36,447 nucleotides of DNA from a virus (taxonomy: Duplodnaviria > Caudoviricetes): the IMG/VR virus record IMGVR_UViG_3300016722_000151, positions 1-36,447 of that record, one strand, 5' to 3'. Position numbers and translations under genes: made by a program. Numbering within the stretch: position 1 is the first letter of the stretch; every line of letters begins with the position of its first letter. The notes under the pieces were generated by a model. The model was not told the DNA's origin. It saw only the letters and a list, made by a program, of their open reading frames with translations, and ran no database searches. Shown in pieces: positions 1 to 8,267 of this stretch.

Positions 1-318
1 TTCGGTCTTTTTATGATTTGCTACGGACATTCCCTGACAAGGTGGTGTAGCTATTACAACATCAATATCTTTAATACTTTCTTTCTTTTTATAAATATCT
101 ATTTCATTAAAAAGTCTAGTCATTATTTCCGGATCTGTAATATCCCCAACAATATATCCGCTCTCATATTTACACTTTTTATTACAACGCTGCACATTCA
201 TTCTTCGCTCGACTAACTCATTACTAACGACACAATCGAACCCGTTCTTTTTAAAGCCAAAGCATCCAACTCCAGCACTACTGAATAATGACACATATGT
301 TAATTTCCTGTTATCCAT
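1..318 (-). CDS. dcm: DNA (cytosine-5)-methyltransferase, 5' part only (runs off the window; absent from the ORF track)
   Basis: Manual translation MDNRKLTYVSLFSSAGVGCFGF...NELVERR...GDITD...DVVIATPPCQGMSVANHKKTE shows motif I (FSSAG variant) and catalytic motif IV PPCQG; AAGGAG upstream; TGnTATAAT at 401-409. Confidence 0.9.
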   Translation of the reverse strand, partial: MDNRKLTYVSLFSSAGVGCFGFKKNGFDCVVSNELVERRMNVQRCNKKCKYESGYIVGDITDPEIMTRLFNEIDIYKKKESIKDIDVVIATPPCQGMSVANHKKTE

Positions 319-500
319 CGTGGTGCCACACTCCTTTTCATTTTATTGATTATTGGGTGATTAGCTTTGAAGTCAACAATTACTCTAACCTTTAAAAAAC
401 ATTATAGCATAAATTTCTATTCAGTTCGATACTTTTTTATCTACAGATAAATTAATTTAAAAAAATCATCAGTATTATAATAACTAAGATAAGAATGCTT

Positions 501-547
501 AAAAATAAAAAAGCCCCCTCTCTAAGCGCGTATACACTTAGTGAGGG
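501..547 (-). terminator. Intrinsic terminator after the relic gene
   Basis: CCCTCACTAAGTG-TATACG-CGCTTAGAGAGGG followed by GGCTTTTTTATTTTT on the minus strand. Confidence 0.65.
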
Positions 548-570
548 AAACTATATCATTTAATATTCAC

Positions 571-699
571 TTACAAAAATCCGCCTACATTATTGATTCT
601 TCTGTTTTCACTCATACAAACCTTGTTTGTCCCATCAAGATTAAAGATGAAACTACCCCCGCCATCCACTTTAATAGCATCGGTAAATCCAGCAGTTTT
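571..699 (-). pseudogene. C-terminal remnant of a phosphodiester glycosidase (NAGPA/DUF2233-like) gene
   Basis: Start-less frame KTAGFTDAIKVDGGGSFIFNLDGTNKVCMSENRRINNVGGFL* contains the A-x-x-[LV]DGGGS and terminal R-x-[IV]-x-N motifs. Confidence 0.6.
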
Positions 700-776
700 T
701 TATAAATTTTTTGTATACTATATGTACAAAACTATAAACATTATATTGTGATATAATCGAACAAAACGAACAACCG

Positions 777-826
777 AAAAGAGACCGTCCCAATAGGACT
801 AATTTTAAATCATAAAGGGACGGCTT
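777..826 (-). terminator. Terminator after the endolysin (possibly bidirectional)
   Basis: GCCGTCCC...GGGACGGT stem followed by CTCTTTT. Confidence 0.55.
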
Positions 827-843
827 ATTTTATACTTACTATT

Positions 844-1584
844 CTATTTATCAAACACTCCAGTTCTATCTAAAATAACTAAGGTTCTCATCATGCTATC
901 AGGCAAATTCAAATCGCTTTCCGATGCTCCAGCATACAACTTCTTATTTAATAGCTTTTGAATCGTGGCCTTTGCATAATCAGGTAAATCCTTTGTGTAA
1001 TGATATACTTTCTCTTGGTTCTGTTCAATTAAATTTTTCAATTCCTCATATTGACCCATTGTTAATTCCTCCTCATTTGATGCAATTGTAGTAGTGACTA
1101 ATCTTTTTTTGAATGCTATCCATAAGCTTTCATTTCGTACCCACGGTTCGGGGCATGCTTTGTGCGTCACATCGTAGTGCCGGACGACATTATCAACCGA
1201 CACACCATATTTTTTCATGAGAGATTTGACGAGTTCGACCGTATTTGTCACAGTAGCATCTGTGATAATATAATTACCACTCTTGTCTTTATCAGAACAC
1301 ATCTCAACGCCCAAGCTATTATCATTACGACAATATTTGTGATAATAAGTGCCCTTAGTGCCGCAATGCCATGCTACATCACAATCATTAACGCATTGCC
1401 ACACGCTTTTTTCATCAACAAAATAGTGGGCAGATGCACCCCTGTCGGCACTTTTAAAATAATTAGTATTGCTTTGCGCCGTATCACCGTTGTTACTTGT
1501 AAAATGGACTACAATATATTTTATACGGCTTGTTTTGCCTTCTTTCGTTAAGTTTACCGATGTTAAATTCTGCTGTATTTGCAT
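844..1584 (-). CDS. Endolysin, N-acetylmuramoyl-L-alanine amidase (Amidase_2) with C-terminal cell-wall-binding region
   Basis: IVVHFT, SAHYFVD, AWHCG, GVEMC and VVRHYDVTHKACP zinc-amidase motifs; follows the holin. Confidence 0.92.
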   Translation of the reverse strand: MQIQQNLTSVNLTKEGKTSRIKYIVVHFTSNNGDTAQSNTNYFKSADRGASAHYFVDEKSVWQCVNDCDVAWHCGTKGTYYHKYCRNDNSLGVEMCSDKDKSGNYIITDATVTNTVELVKSLMKKYGVSVDNVVRHYDVTHKACPEPWVRNESLWIAFKKRLVTTTIASNEEELTMGQYEELKNLIEQNQEKVYHYTKDLPDYAKATIQKLLNKKLYAGASESDLNLPDSMMRTLVILDRTGVFDK

Positions 1585-1585
1585 T

Positions 1586-1843
1586 CTATTCGCCGCCCTT
1601 TAAACTATTTTTATAAAGGTCTGCTTTAATTGCCGCTAAGGAAAAACTATTATTTTTCCACCAGCTCCATGCAGACGCACACACGGTTAAGATTACAGTA
1701 ACGCCTTGGTACACTTGGTCATCGCTCCATGGTAGTGGGTTTTTACCCATAACGGTCAACACTTGATTTAATAGTGCCACCGATAACACCACCGTTCTTG
1801 CGATTGTGCTTTGGCTTGCTGCCATTTTTTCTGTTGTTACCAT
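1586..1843 (-). CDS. Holin, SPP1 family (start moved to MVTTEKM)
   Basis: TIARTVVL..ALLNQVL...GKNPLP...WWKNNSF signature; GAGGAGG RBS before 1843. Confidence 0.85.
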   Translation of the reverse strand: MVTTEKMAASQSTIARTVVLSVALLNQVLTVMGKNPLPWSDDQVYQGVTVILTVCASAWSWWKNNSFSLAAIKADLYKNSLKGGE

Positions 1844-1907
1844 TATACCATACCTCCTCAAAATTATATTATGAAATGTAGTCAAATGACGACTGTCAAT
1901 TAAAGTA

Positions 1908-2180
1908 TTAATGCAATATGTATCCCAATGCGTAGCTGACTACTGCTGTTATTACCGTGGTTAAGATGACGTCCCACCGCTTACCAGGCTTTTGCTCGAT
2001 TGTATCAACACGGCATTTCATTTCGCTCAAATCCTCGCGCATAAGCCGCGTCTCCGTTGCGAGTGTATACACGCTCTCCGTTAATTTATCAACATCATCT
2101 ATACGCTTATGAGCCTGCTTTGCCGACTGCTCAACCGCTGTTATGCGCCCCTCAAATTCTTTTATAACATCATCATTCAT
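1908..2180 (-). CDS. XhlA-like lysis-associated membrane protein
   Basis: Coiled coil with AHKRID and C-terminal TM helix; position before holin; AGGAG RBS. Confidence 0.7.
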   Translation of the reverse strand: MNDDVIKEFEGRITAVEQSAKQAHKRIDDVDKLTESVYTLATETRLMREDLSEMKCRVDTIEQKPGKRWDVILTTVITAVVSYALGYILH

Positions 2181-2220
2181 CCCTTTTTCTCCTATCAAAA
2201 TAAATTCCCCTTCAGACAAT

Positions 2221-2243
2221 AAAAAAACAACCTTTCGGTTGCT
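2221..2243 (-). terminator. Intrinsic terminator between tail and lysis genes
   Basis: AGCAACC-GAAA-GGTTGTT followed by a T tract. Confidence 0.7.
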
Positions 2244-2279
2244 CTATCCATCATGTATGCAGTTCATATTTCTGCCTCC

Positions 2280-2717
2280 CTATACGGTCACGCTAACCTG
2301 CAAGCTATTAATCTGCTCCCTTATCGCCTGTCTGGTAGCATGTAGACTTGCCATATCATAAGGAATCGTCTGCCCGGTTAACTGATACTCTGAACACTTG
2401 ATGATTTGATAATCTGTTTCGGCAAGTTCTGCTTTTAGGGTTTCAATCGCTTTTGCGTTTTTGTAGGTTTCTCCCTGATTAAAAGCAATCATGGCAGCAT
2501 CATAAGAATCAAACTCCAAACCATCTATCCACTCATTTGCCGTTTGGTCAACGGTTGTGGTCATGAATGAAATACCTCTATCTGTTAACGATTGCTCAAC
2601 TTGGATTTTGTGCTCGTCTGATATTAATCCCTCTTGAAACTCAACCTCGTTTTCTGTGTAAGTTGTGGTATACCTGTACAGTTCAACTTTATTTCCAGTC
2701 ATTCTAAACATATTCAT
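2280..2717 (-). CDS. Putative tail-fibre assembly/chaperone protein
   Basis: Directly downstream of the fibre; C-terminal LAETDYQIIKCSE...RQAIREQIN motif typical of such proteins. Confidence 0.55.
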   Translation of the reverse strand: MNMFRMTGNKVELYRYTTTYTENEVEFQEGLISDEHKIQVEQSLTDRGISFMTTTVDQTANEWIDGLEFDSYDAAMIAFNQGETYKNAKAIETLKAELAETDYQIIKCSEYQLTGQTIPYDMASLHATRQAIREQINSLQVSVTV

Positions 2718-2728
2718 TTTACTACCCC

Positions 2729-3637
2729 CTAACTAATTTTGTTATTGACTAATGTGTTGGATGTGCCACCACCAGATGTGACATCTTTTCCAAAAAGCAT
2801 ATTGGATGAAATGAGATTATAATTGTTTCCCGTACTAGCCAAGTAAATGGTATACATTGACGATGTGTACGTTCCATTATATGTGCAAGAATTACTGGAA
2901 ACATTGTTATAGGTAGAAGAAGTGAGTTTAATTCCTATATTACAACCGTTGCATGTATTTCCTGTTATCGTTGAATAACTAGCACTTTGCAAATTAATTC
3001 CACCAGTATTTGCAGCAGTGCCAGTAACAACATTATTCGAAATAGTATTACTCGTTCCAATACACCATATACTTCCGGTTAGGCAAATGCAATTTGTAAT
3101 GATATTTTTTGAGCCGCTACATACAATCCCACGATTAGAACTGGTATAGGTGACATTAGAAATCCTATCGTAACTTCCTGACACATATATTCCATCCGTA
3201 TCGCTTGTTATATAAAGATTCGTAACTGTACAGTGACTAGCTGTAACACATATAACATCATTAATATCAACAGTCATACCTGACCCTACGAGTCGAGTCG
3301 AATTTCCCATACCAGAAATCGTGACATTTGCCTTATTTATCGTGATGTATCCAATATTATTGTTGATTGCATATACACCGTCAAGCAGTACAATCTTGCC
3401 GCCAGTACTCGGCAAGGCAGCGATTGCCGCGTTTATTTCTACTTGGTCGTCCACGCCATCACAAAGGTAGTCGCAATTTTTATGAACACCTGATTTACCA
3501 ACCACAAGCGTCTGCGATGACCGCATAGCCGAAAGCGCCCCATCGATGATATCGGCGTTTGCATTAAAAACACTGATATCGTAAAATTCCTCCGCGAGAG
3601 GTTTCGTTAAGTTATAATTCGTTGTTTTATTTGCCAT
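2729..3637 (-). CDS. Tail fibre/tailspike with right-handed parallel beta-helix (pectin-lyase-like)
   Basis: N-terminal TTNYNLTKP..FNANADIID anchor, DGVDDQVEINAAIAAL..GGKIVL cap, then Asn/Thr/Cys-rich NTISNN repeats. Confidence 0.8.
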   Translation of the reverse strand: MANKTTNYNLTKPLAEEFYDISVFNANADIIDGALSAMRSSQTLVVGKSGVHKNCDYLCDGVDDQVEINAAIAALPSTGGKIVLLDGVYAINNNIGYITINKANVTISGMGNSTRLVGSGMTVDINDVICVTASHCTVTNLYITSDTDGIYVSGSYDRISNVTYTSSNRGIVCSGSKNIITNCICLTGSIWCIGTSNTISNNVVTGTAANTGGINLQSASYSTITGNTCNGCNIGIKLTSSTYNNVSSNSCTYNGTYTSSMYTIYLASTGNNYNLISSNMLFGKDVTSGGGTSNTLVNNKIS

Positions 3638-4194
3638 TATAGCACCTCATTTCTTATTTGATTATGTGTATAAGCTTTTAACTGATTATACGTCAATTTG
3701 CTAATCGTCTTGTGCTGGTTATACATAACCGATATGTTGATCATTAAATTAGCGGGGCACATTTGCTTTAAAAGATTAGAGACCTGATTGTAATTCTTTA
3801 CATTCGATACAGCAATTTTCACAGCGATGGTAAACGCGCTATTATTAAGCATAATCTCATATGCTTCGCCGTTGTTTCCTTTATCTGAACATATCTCATT
3901 AAGTTTGTCGCGCAAGGTATTCATCGTGTAAGGAATATTATTTTTCCAAAGTAGTGACAAACGAAATCGGCGTTCCTCTAGCGTATCGTCTGAGAGTGGC
4001 TGCAAACCGTACATTTTTTCTTGATAGGCAATACTGTACTCGTCCGCTGTGTCCAAAAACATGTTACCCAGCACTCTGTCAATCCGACTATTTAAGCCGT
4101 CAATTTCCATCTGTTCGGCTGCCATTATATATTTTAGCTCTCTAAACTCTTTTAAAAAATCCGGCAGGTAGTCAATGAGCTGTCTACTGTCCAT
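3637..4194 (-). CDS. Baseplate wedge protein, XkdU/YmfQ (DUF2313) family
   Basis: YLP.FL, FLDTA, TLEERRFR and PANL motifs; follows baseplate J. Confidence 0.85.
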   Translation of the reverse strand: MDSRQLIDYLPDFLKEFRELKYIMAAEQMEIDGLNSRIDRVLGNMFLDTADEYSIAYQEKMYGLQPLSDDTLEERRFRLSLLWKNNIPYTMNTLRDKLNEICSDKGNNGEAYEIMLNNSAFTIAVKIAVSNVKNYNQVSNLLKQMCPANLMINISVMYNQHKTISKLTYNQLKAYTHNQIRNEVL

Positions 4195-5251
4195 TAAAAG
4201 TCCCCCTTATGGGTATTTGCGTTTGGGAAAGTTCTAAATTCTTCGCCAAAGTGTTTATCGTCACATCCGAAACGTCGAGAATTCCGTCGATACTAAGTAG
4301 TTTTGTTTCGATTTGGCTTATGCGAATAACGAGCGTCGTTTCATTTTGCCATTGTTCCTTTAACGACAAATAGTAATCATCAATCACGGACTGAATGGTT
4401 GTTTTCACATTGTCGTATGTGAAACCTGTCTTGTAGGTTAGCGTTGCTGTTATATTAATCGTAACCCCCGTTACGCCAAAGACGGTTACTGTGTGACCGA
4501 TTGGCGCAATACCCTTCCCCTCACCTGGATAATTTTGAGGATCAATAGCTAATTGAACAGTCTGTATTAGATCACTCGACGGGATCGCATAATCCGAACT
4601 AATCACAACGAGTTTAACCGTCCCACCGCCGTTCCATGTCGGGAATACTTTCACACCACCAACACCATCTAAGCTGCTTACTTTCTCGATATAATCAGCA
4701 GCATTACCACCAAATGCCACGCTACTAAACGACGAAAAATAACGATTGCGAAAAACTTCCACATTCTCTTCATCCTCACCTGGTATTAATACATCAGAAA
4801 GCACAGCCGTTTCTAATCCCTCGATATAATCCATCGGGATTAGTTCGCCAAAGGCTTGATTTCCGCGAATACCCGCATTTTCGCATACTAATTTATATAC
4901 GCCGTCAGAAACTTTTTCTTTGACATAATAATTTAAGTCATCCAAATTAAAACGCTCCCCCATGTCTATTTCAAGCGTACTTGGTGTGAAAACACCTTTT
5001 CGAACTGCGAAAGTAGCTTCATTAGGGTATATCCCTTTTTCAGCGGCTCTTTTTATTAAGTAAGCATAGCTTGCTGTGTTGGCAAAGCCTTCGTCAACCA
5101 CCATATCCATGTTTATGTATGCGTTCTGCAGTTCAACCGCCGCAGGTGCTAAGGCATCATAAATGATAGCCCCCTCACGCTTGTCTAGTGTGTCTGGAAC
5201 GCGTGATAACAAATTTTCCATAATTGTATCAAAGGTTATATCCTCAAACAT
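4184..5251 (-). CDS. Baseplate J/gp47 protein (XkdT-like)
   Basis: DKREGAIIYDALAP, GGNAADY, WNGGGTVK, APIGHTVTV. Confidence 0.92.
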   Translation of the reverse strand: MFEDITFDTIMENLLSRVPDTLDKREGAIIYDALAPAAVELQNAYINMDMVVDEGFANTASYAYLIKRAAEKGIYPNEATFAVRKGVFTPSTLEIDMGERFNLDDLNYYVKEKVSDGVYKLVCENAGIRGNQAFGELIPMDYIEGLETAVLSDVLIPGEDEENVEVFRNRYFSSFSSVAFGGNAADYIEKVSSLDGVGGVKVFPTWNGGGTVKLVVISSDYAIPSSDLIQTVQLAIDPQNYPGEGKGIAPIGHTVTVFGVTGVTINITATLTYKTGFTYDNVKTTIQSVIDDYYLSLKEQWQNETTLVIRISQIETKLLSIDGILDVSDVTINTLAKNLELSQTQIPIRGTFNGQ

Positions 5252-5645
5252 CGTATTCCACCTCGCTTTCTATGTCCCCCTCGGTCGTAGTGACCGTAAA
5301 CAACATTTTCGTTTTGCCTTTTTCTGCTTCGACACTAAAATCTGTCACCGATGAAATACGATTATCTACCAGTAAAGCCTCTGTGATGCGATCTTTTAAT
5401 AGGGACATCATTAAATTGACATCTTTGCCATAAAGGTCATTTGTTTCAAATCCATAGTTCCATGAATAAATCAAATGTTCATACCGTTCTGTGTGGAGTA
5501 TGCTGTAAATGGTTTGCCTCATAGCGACCAATTTATCACACGTTCCCAAAATTGTCTGCTTGTCATAGTCTAATTTATAAGTAAGCGACGGAAGCTGCTC
5601 TTCCGTAAAAGTTAGCGCTGTTATATTTACCGTAGTCGGTATCAC
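5244..5645 (-). CDS. XkdS/DUF2634 baseplate protein
   Basis: TERYEHLIYSWNYG and ITEALLVDNRI motifs. Confidence 0.85.
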   Translation of the reverse strand: MIPTTVNITALTFTEEQLPSLTYKLDYDKQTILGTCDKLVAMRQTIYSILHTERYEHLIYSWNYGFETNDLYGKDVNLMMSLLKDRITEALLVDNRISSVTDFSVEAEKGKTKMLFTVTTTEGDIESEVEYDV

Positions 5646-5657
5646 TTTCTCACCCCT

Positions 5658-5969
5658 TTACAGTCTGTCAAATACGATGTATTGCTGTCCGCCGTTTTTC
5701 CTGAAAAGCAAAATCTTATCGCCTGGTTTCAGCGCATTATGAATGGTCACATTTTGCGTGGTGCCATCTATCGTAAGAGTCATTTCATATTCTGTCATGC
5801 TCTTTGGTACAGTGATAAACTCTTTTGGCAGTATCAACTTTTGGTCTATCTTTATTGTTAAAGGGCTTACACTTGAAACTGTCCCGATAGTCACGTCAGC
5901 TGGTTTTGCGGCAATGCGCTCTTCTCTGCTGATTTTCTTAATGAGTTGTACCCAATTTGTACTAGGCAC
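5658..5969 (-). CDS. XkdR/DUF2577 spike-like protein
   Basis: GTVSSVSPL.I.IDQK..L and LKPGDKILL...GGQQYIV. Confidence 0.85.
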   Translation of the reverse strand: MPSTNWVQLIKKISREERIAAKPADVTIGTVSSVSPLTIKIDQKLILPKEFITVPKSMTEYEMTLTIDGTTQNVTIHNALKPGDKILLFRKNGGQQYIVFDRL

Positions 5970-7551
5970 TATAATCACCTCCAGAAAGAGTCAAATCCAT
6001 GGTGTATACTTGGCATGAAAATTTATGCGTCACTGTTTCAACTAACATGAATTGATTAACCACTGTATCCCCATTATAAAATTTAACGGGTATCAGTGAT
6101 CCGGCTCGCACATTCACATTACCGATAGCATCTGATATTGACAAACTACGCGATTCTCGGTTGTAGTATTTCAAATAGGCTTTTGCCTTTTGTTTTCCTA
6201 CATCTTCACTGTCAACTTTCTCAAAATATTGCAGAATGCCCCATTTATTAATGGTATCCTGGTCCTTTTCGATAAACGCCATAATCAGTCCGCTATCTTT
6301 ATCCTCGTACAGCAATTTAATCTTGTTATAGGTTTCGCCGTCAATACTGTCTTTATAGGTAAAGTCCTCAGCCGTTTCATCATCCATAAGGCTATCTAAT
6401 ACAAACATATCACTCATGTTCTTAAGAGTCAGTTTACCAAAATCATCATACAGGGTATATATTTCGCTTTTAGTTAGCATGGTATCGTCTAAAGCATTTT
6501 GAATCATGTCAAATAGCGTGCTGTTGTCCTCGGTACGTGACAGAGCATATCCTGTATCAGCTATACTTCCACAATTCAAACCATAGTCGCTGGCAATCAT
6601 ATTAATCAGTTCACTTGCTTTTTTATTCACATAAATATAGGTGTCCTTATTTTTAAAATAGCGCAGTTGATCATAAACGGTAATACTGCATTCTGTTTTT
6701 CCACCCGACATTTTAGAGTTTTGCCGTGAAAATACAAACCCAAAGAAAAAAGGATACTCATTCACATACACCCTGACAGGATTTCCTTGCTCTATCATAA
6801 CCGTCGCATCAATAAAAGCAGTAAATGTCAGCTTTCCAGGCGTACCTGTGCGCTCCCATGTAACTTGAAGCCCATCTTGAACTGGCAAAACATATTGACC
6901 GAATTCGTTCACAATGACGACTTGTACGGTCATGGTATTTAAAAGTGACGTCTTGTCCAACACAACATCATAGGTGTTATTGTCTTCAATTGAAGGCAAT
7001 TTTGCGTCTACAAGCTTGTTGACGTATAGGAGTTCCGATGACGTCATAACAGAAGAAGCTGTACTCGAAGATGTTTCACTAGATGAGGGCGTGCTAGGAG
7101 ATGTTGCACTAGAAGATAATCCAGTCACGCCATACCCTAATATGTAACTGTCGCTAAGGCTGTGGGTTACTTTCGCCACTTTATCATCATAGTTTCCCTC
7201 AACTGTATAAACCTTGCCATTTTCTGCGTAATTGACAAGTCCAATATGACACGCATGAGAAGTGGATTTGCCGAAAATAATCACGTCACCGCGAACTGGT
7301 GTGTATGAGCCCCCATGCGCACCTGCTTTTTGGAACTTTCCTTTTTGGGTGAACCACTCTCGTGTACTTTGGCAGGATGCCATTTTCGGAATGCTCGTTC
7401 CCAATACCCCCGCCCCGCTCGCACACCACGATACAAACATATCGCACCACGCGGCCCCATTCATGCCATACCACCTGCCGTATTTGGTTTTGTTGTCGCC
7501 GCTCTCTTTTGTGCCGACTTCATCTAAGGCAATACTAATAATATCCGCCAC
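5962..7551 (-). CDS. XkdQ-like baseplate hub protein with N-terminal CHAP peptidase domain
   Basis: AWCDMFVSW...HIGLV...TVEGN CHAP motifs, Ser-rich linker, then PGKLTF, YDQLRYFKNKDT, WGILQY hub motifs. Confidence 0.85.
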   Translation of the reverse strand: MADIISIALDEVGTKESGDNKTKYGRWYGMNGAAWCDMFVSWCASGAGVLGTSIPKMASCQSTREWFTQKGKFQKAGAHGGSYTPVRGDVIIFGKSTSHACHIGLVNYAENGKVYTVEGNYDDKVAKVTHSLSDSYILGYGVTGLSSSATSPSTPSSSETSSSTASSVMTSSELLYVNKLVDAKLPSIEDNNTYDVVLDKTSLLNTMTVQVVIVNEFGQYVLPVQDGLQVTWERTGTPGKLTFTAFIDATVMIEQGNPVRVYVNEYPFFFGFVFSRQNSKMSGGKTECSITVYDQLRYFKNKDTYIYVNKKASELINMIASDYGLNCGSIADTGYALSRTEDNSTLFDMIQNALDDTMLTKSEIYTLYDDFGKLTLKNMSDMFVLDSLMDDETAEDFTYKDSIDGETYNKIKLLYEDKDSGLIMAFIEKDQDTINKWGILQYFEKVDSEDVGKQKAKAYLKYYNRESRSLSISDAIGNVNVRAGSLIPVKFYNGDTVVNQFMLVETVTHKFSCQVYTMDLTLSGGDYSA

Positions 7552-7562
7552 CTAATCACCCC

Positions 7563-8267
7563 CTAGCTTGGCAATTTCAAGACAGTACCAGGATAAATCC
7601 AATGCCCGTTACTACTTGATGTTTTTCCATGCTCTTTCGCAGTCGACTCAATGGTGTCTTGGTTTAGTGTGTAAATGGTTCCCCATTTTGAGCCATTGCC
7701 AAGCTGCTTTTTTGCAATATTCCACAGGCAATCACCACTTACCACGGTATATGTCTTTTCTGCTTCCTTGGCTGTTCGTGTTTCTTCCACGACGGCTTTG
7801 GTATCACCGCTTGCCGCCGTTTTTACGACCAATTTCTTTGACCCATATTCCTTATATTGCTTTAACGTGATGCTATAGGTGAGGTCAAGCCCGTTTTTTG
7901 CGTCCTCCTTCAAGGAAAAATCTTCGATCGTACAATCTATACTCGAATCAAATAATGTGCCACCCGTATGAGAGTTTCGAAGTACCTTAAATAAGAAACG
8001 CTTTCTATAATGCTTTAAACTCGCAAAATAATCGCGAAAAGTCTTTGCTGGTATAAAATTATCATCTGGATAATACGAAAAAGGATATTGTTGTAGCATA
8101 GGAATCACGCAATCAAAGCTTACCTCGGTTAACCCATTGGGCTTGATTTGGTTAACTTCGCCTTCATTAATGAGGTTAACCGTTTTATTCTGGTTGTTAA
8201 ATTTATAGGTAATGCTTTCAGGCGTGATAGGAAGTACCATATCACCCATAAATACTAAATATGCCAT
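7563..8267 (-). CDS. XkdP-like LysM tail protein
   Basis: LPITP, NEGEVN and C-terminal YTVVSGDCLWNIAK...IYPGTVL LysM. Confidence 0.9.
   Translation of the reverse strand: MAYLVFMGDMVLPITPESITYKFNNQNKTVNLINEGEVNQIKPNGLTEVSFDCVIPMLQQYPFSYYPDDNFIPAKTFRDYFASLKHYRKRFLFKVLRNSHTGGTLFDSSIDCTIEDFSLKEDAKNGLDLTYSITLKQYKEYGSKKLVVKTAASGDTKAVVEETRTAKEAEKTYTVVSGDCLWNIAKKQLGNGSKWGTIYTLNQDTIESTAKEHGKTSSSNGHWIYPGTVLKLPS

Noticed and set aside
13-216. Plus-strand 67-aa ORF
   Set aside because: Shadow of the methyltransferase on the minus strand
758-773. CGAACAAAACGAAC as a LexA box
   Set aside because: It is a direct repeat and lacks the GTTC half-site
1823-1843. Holin dual-start motif (MVTTEKM)
   Set aside because: No second RBS is evident and the extension has no net positive charge, so it is unsupported
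1861-1907. Promoter or operator before the holin (TTGACA, TTGACT, TATAAT)
   Set aside because: Spacings of 11 and 25 nt do not fit, and the palindrome spacing differs from the repressor operators
2280-3637. Diversity-generating retroelement or invertible fibre cassette
   Set aside because: No reverse transcriptase or invertase, and no template/variable repeat pair or flanking inverted repeats were seen
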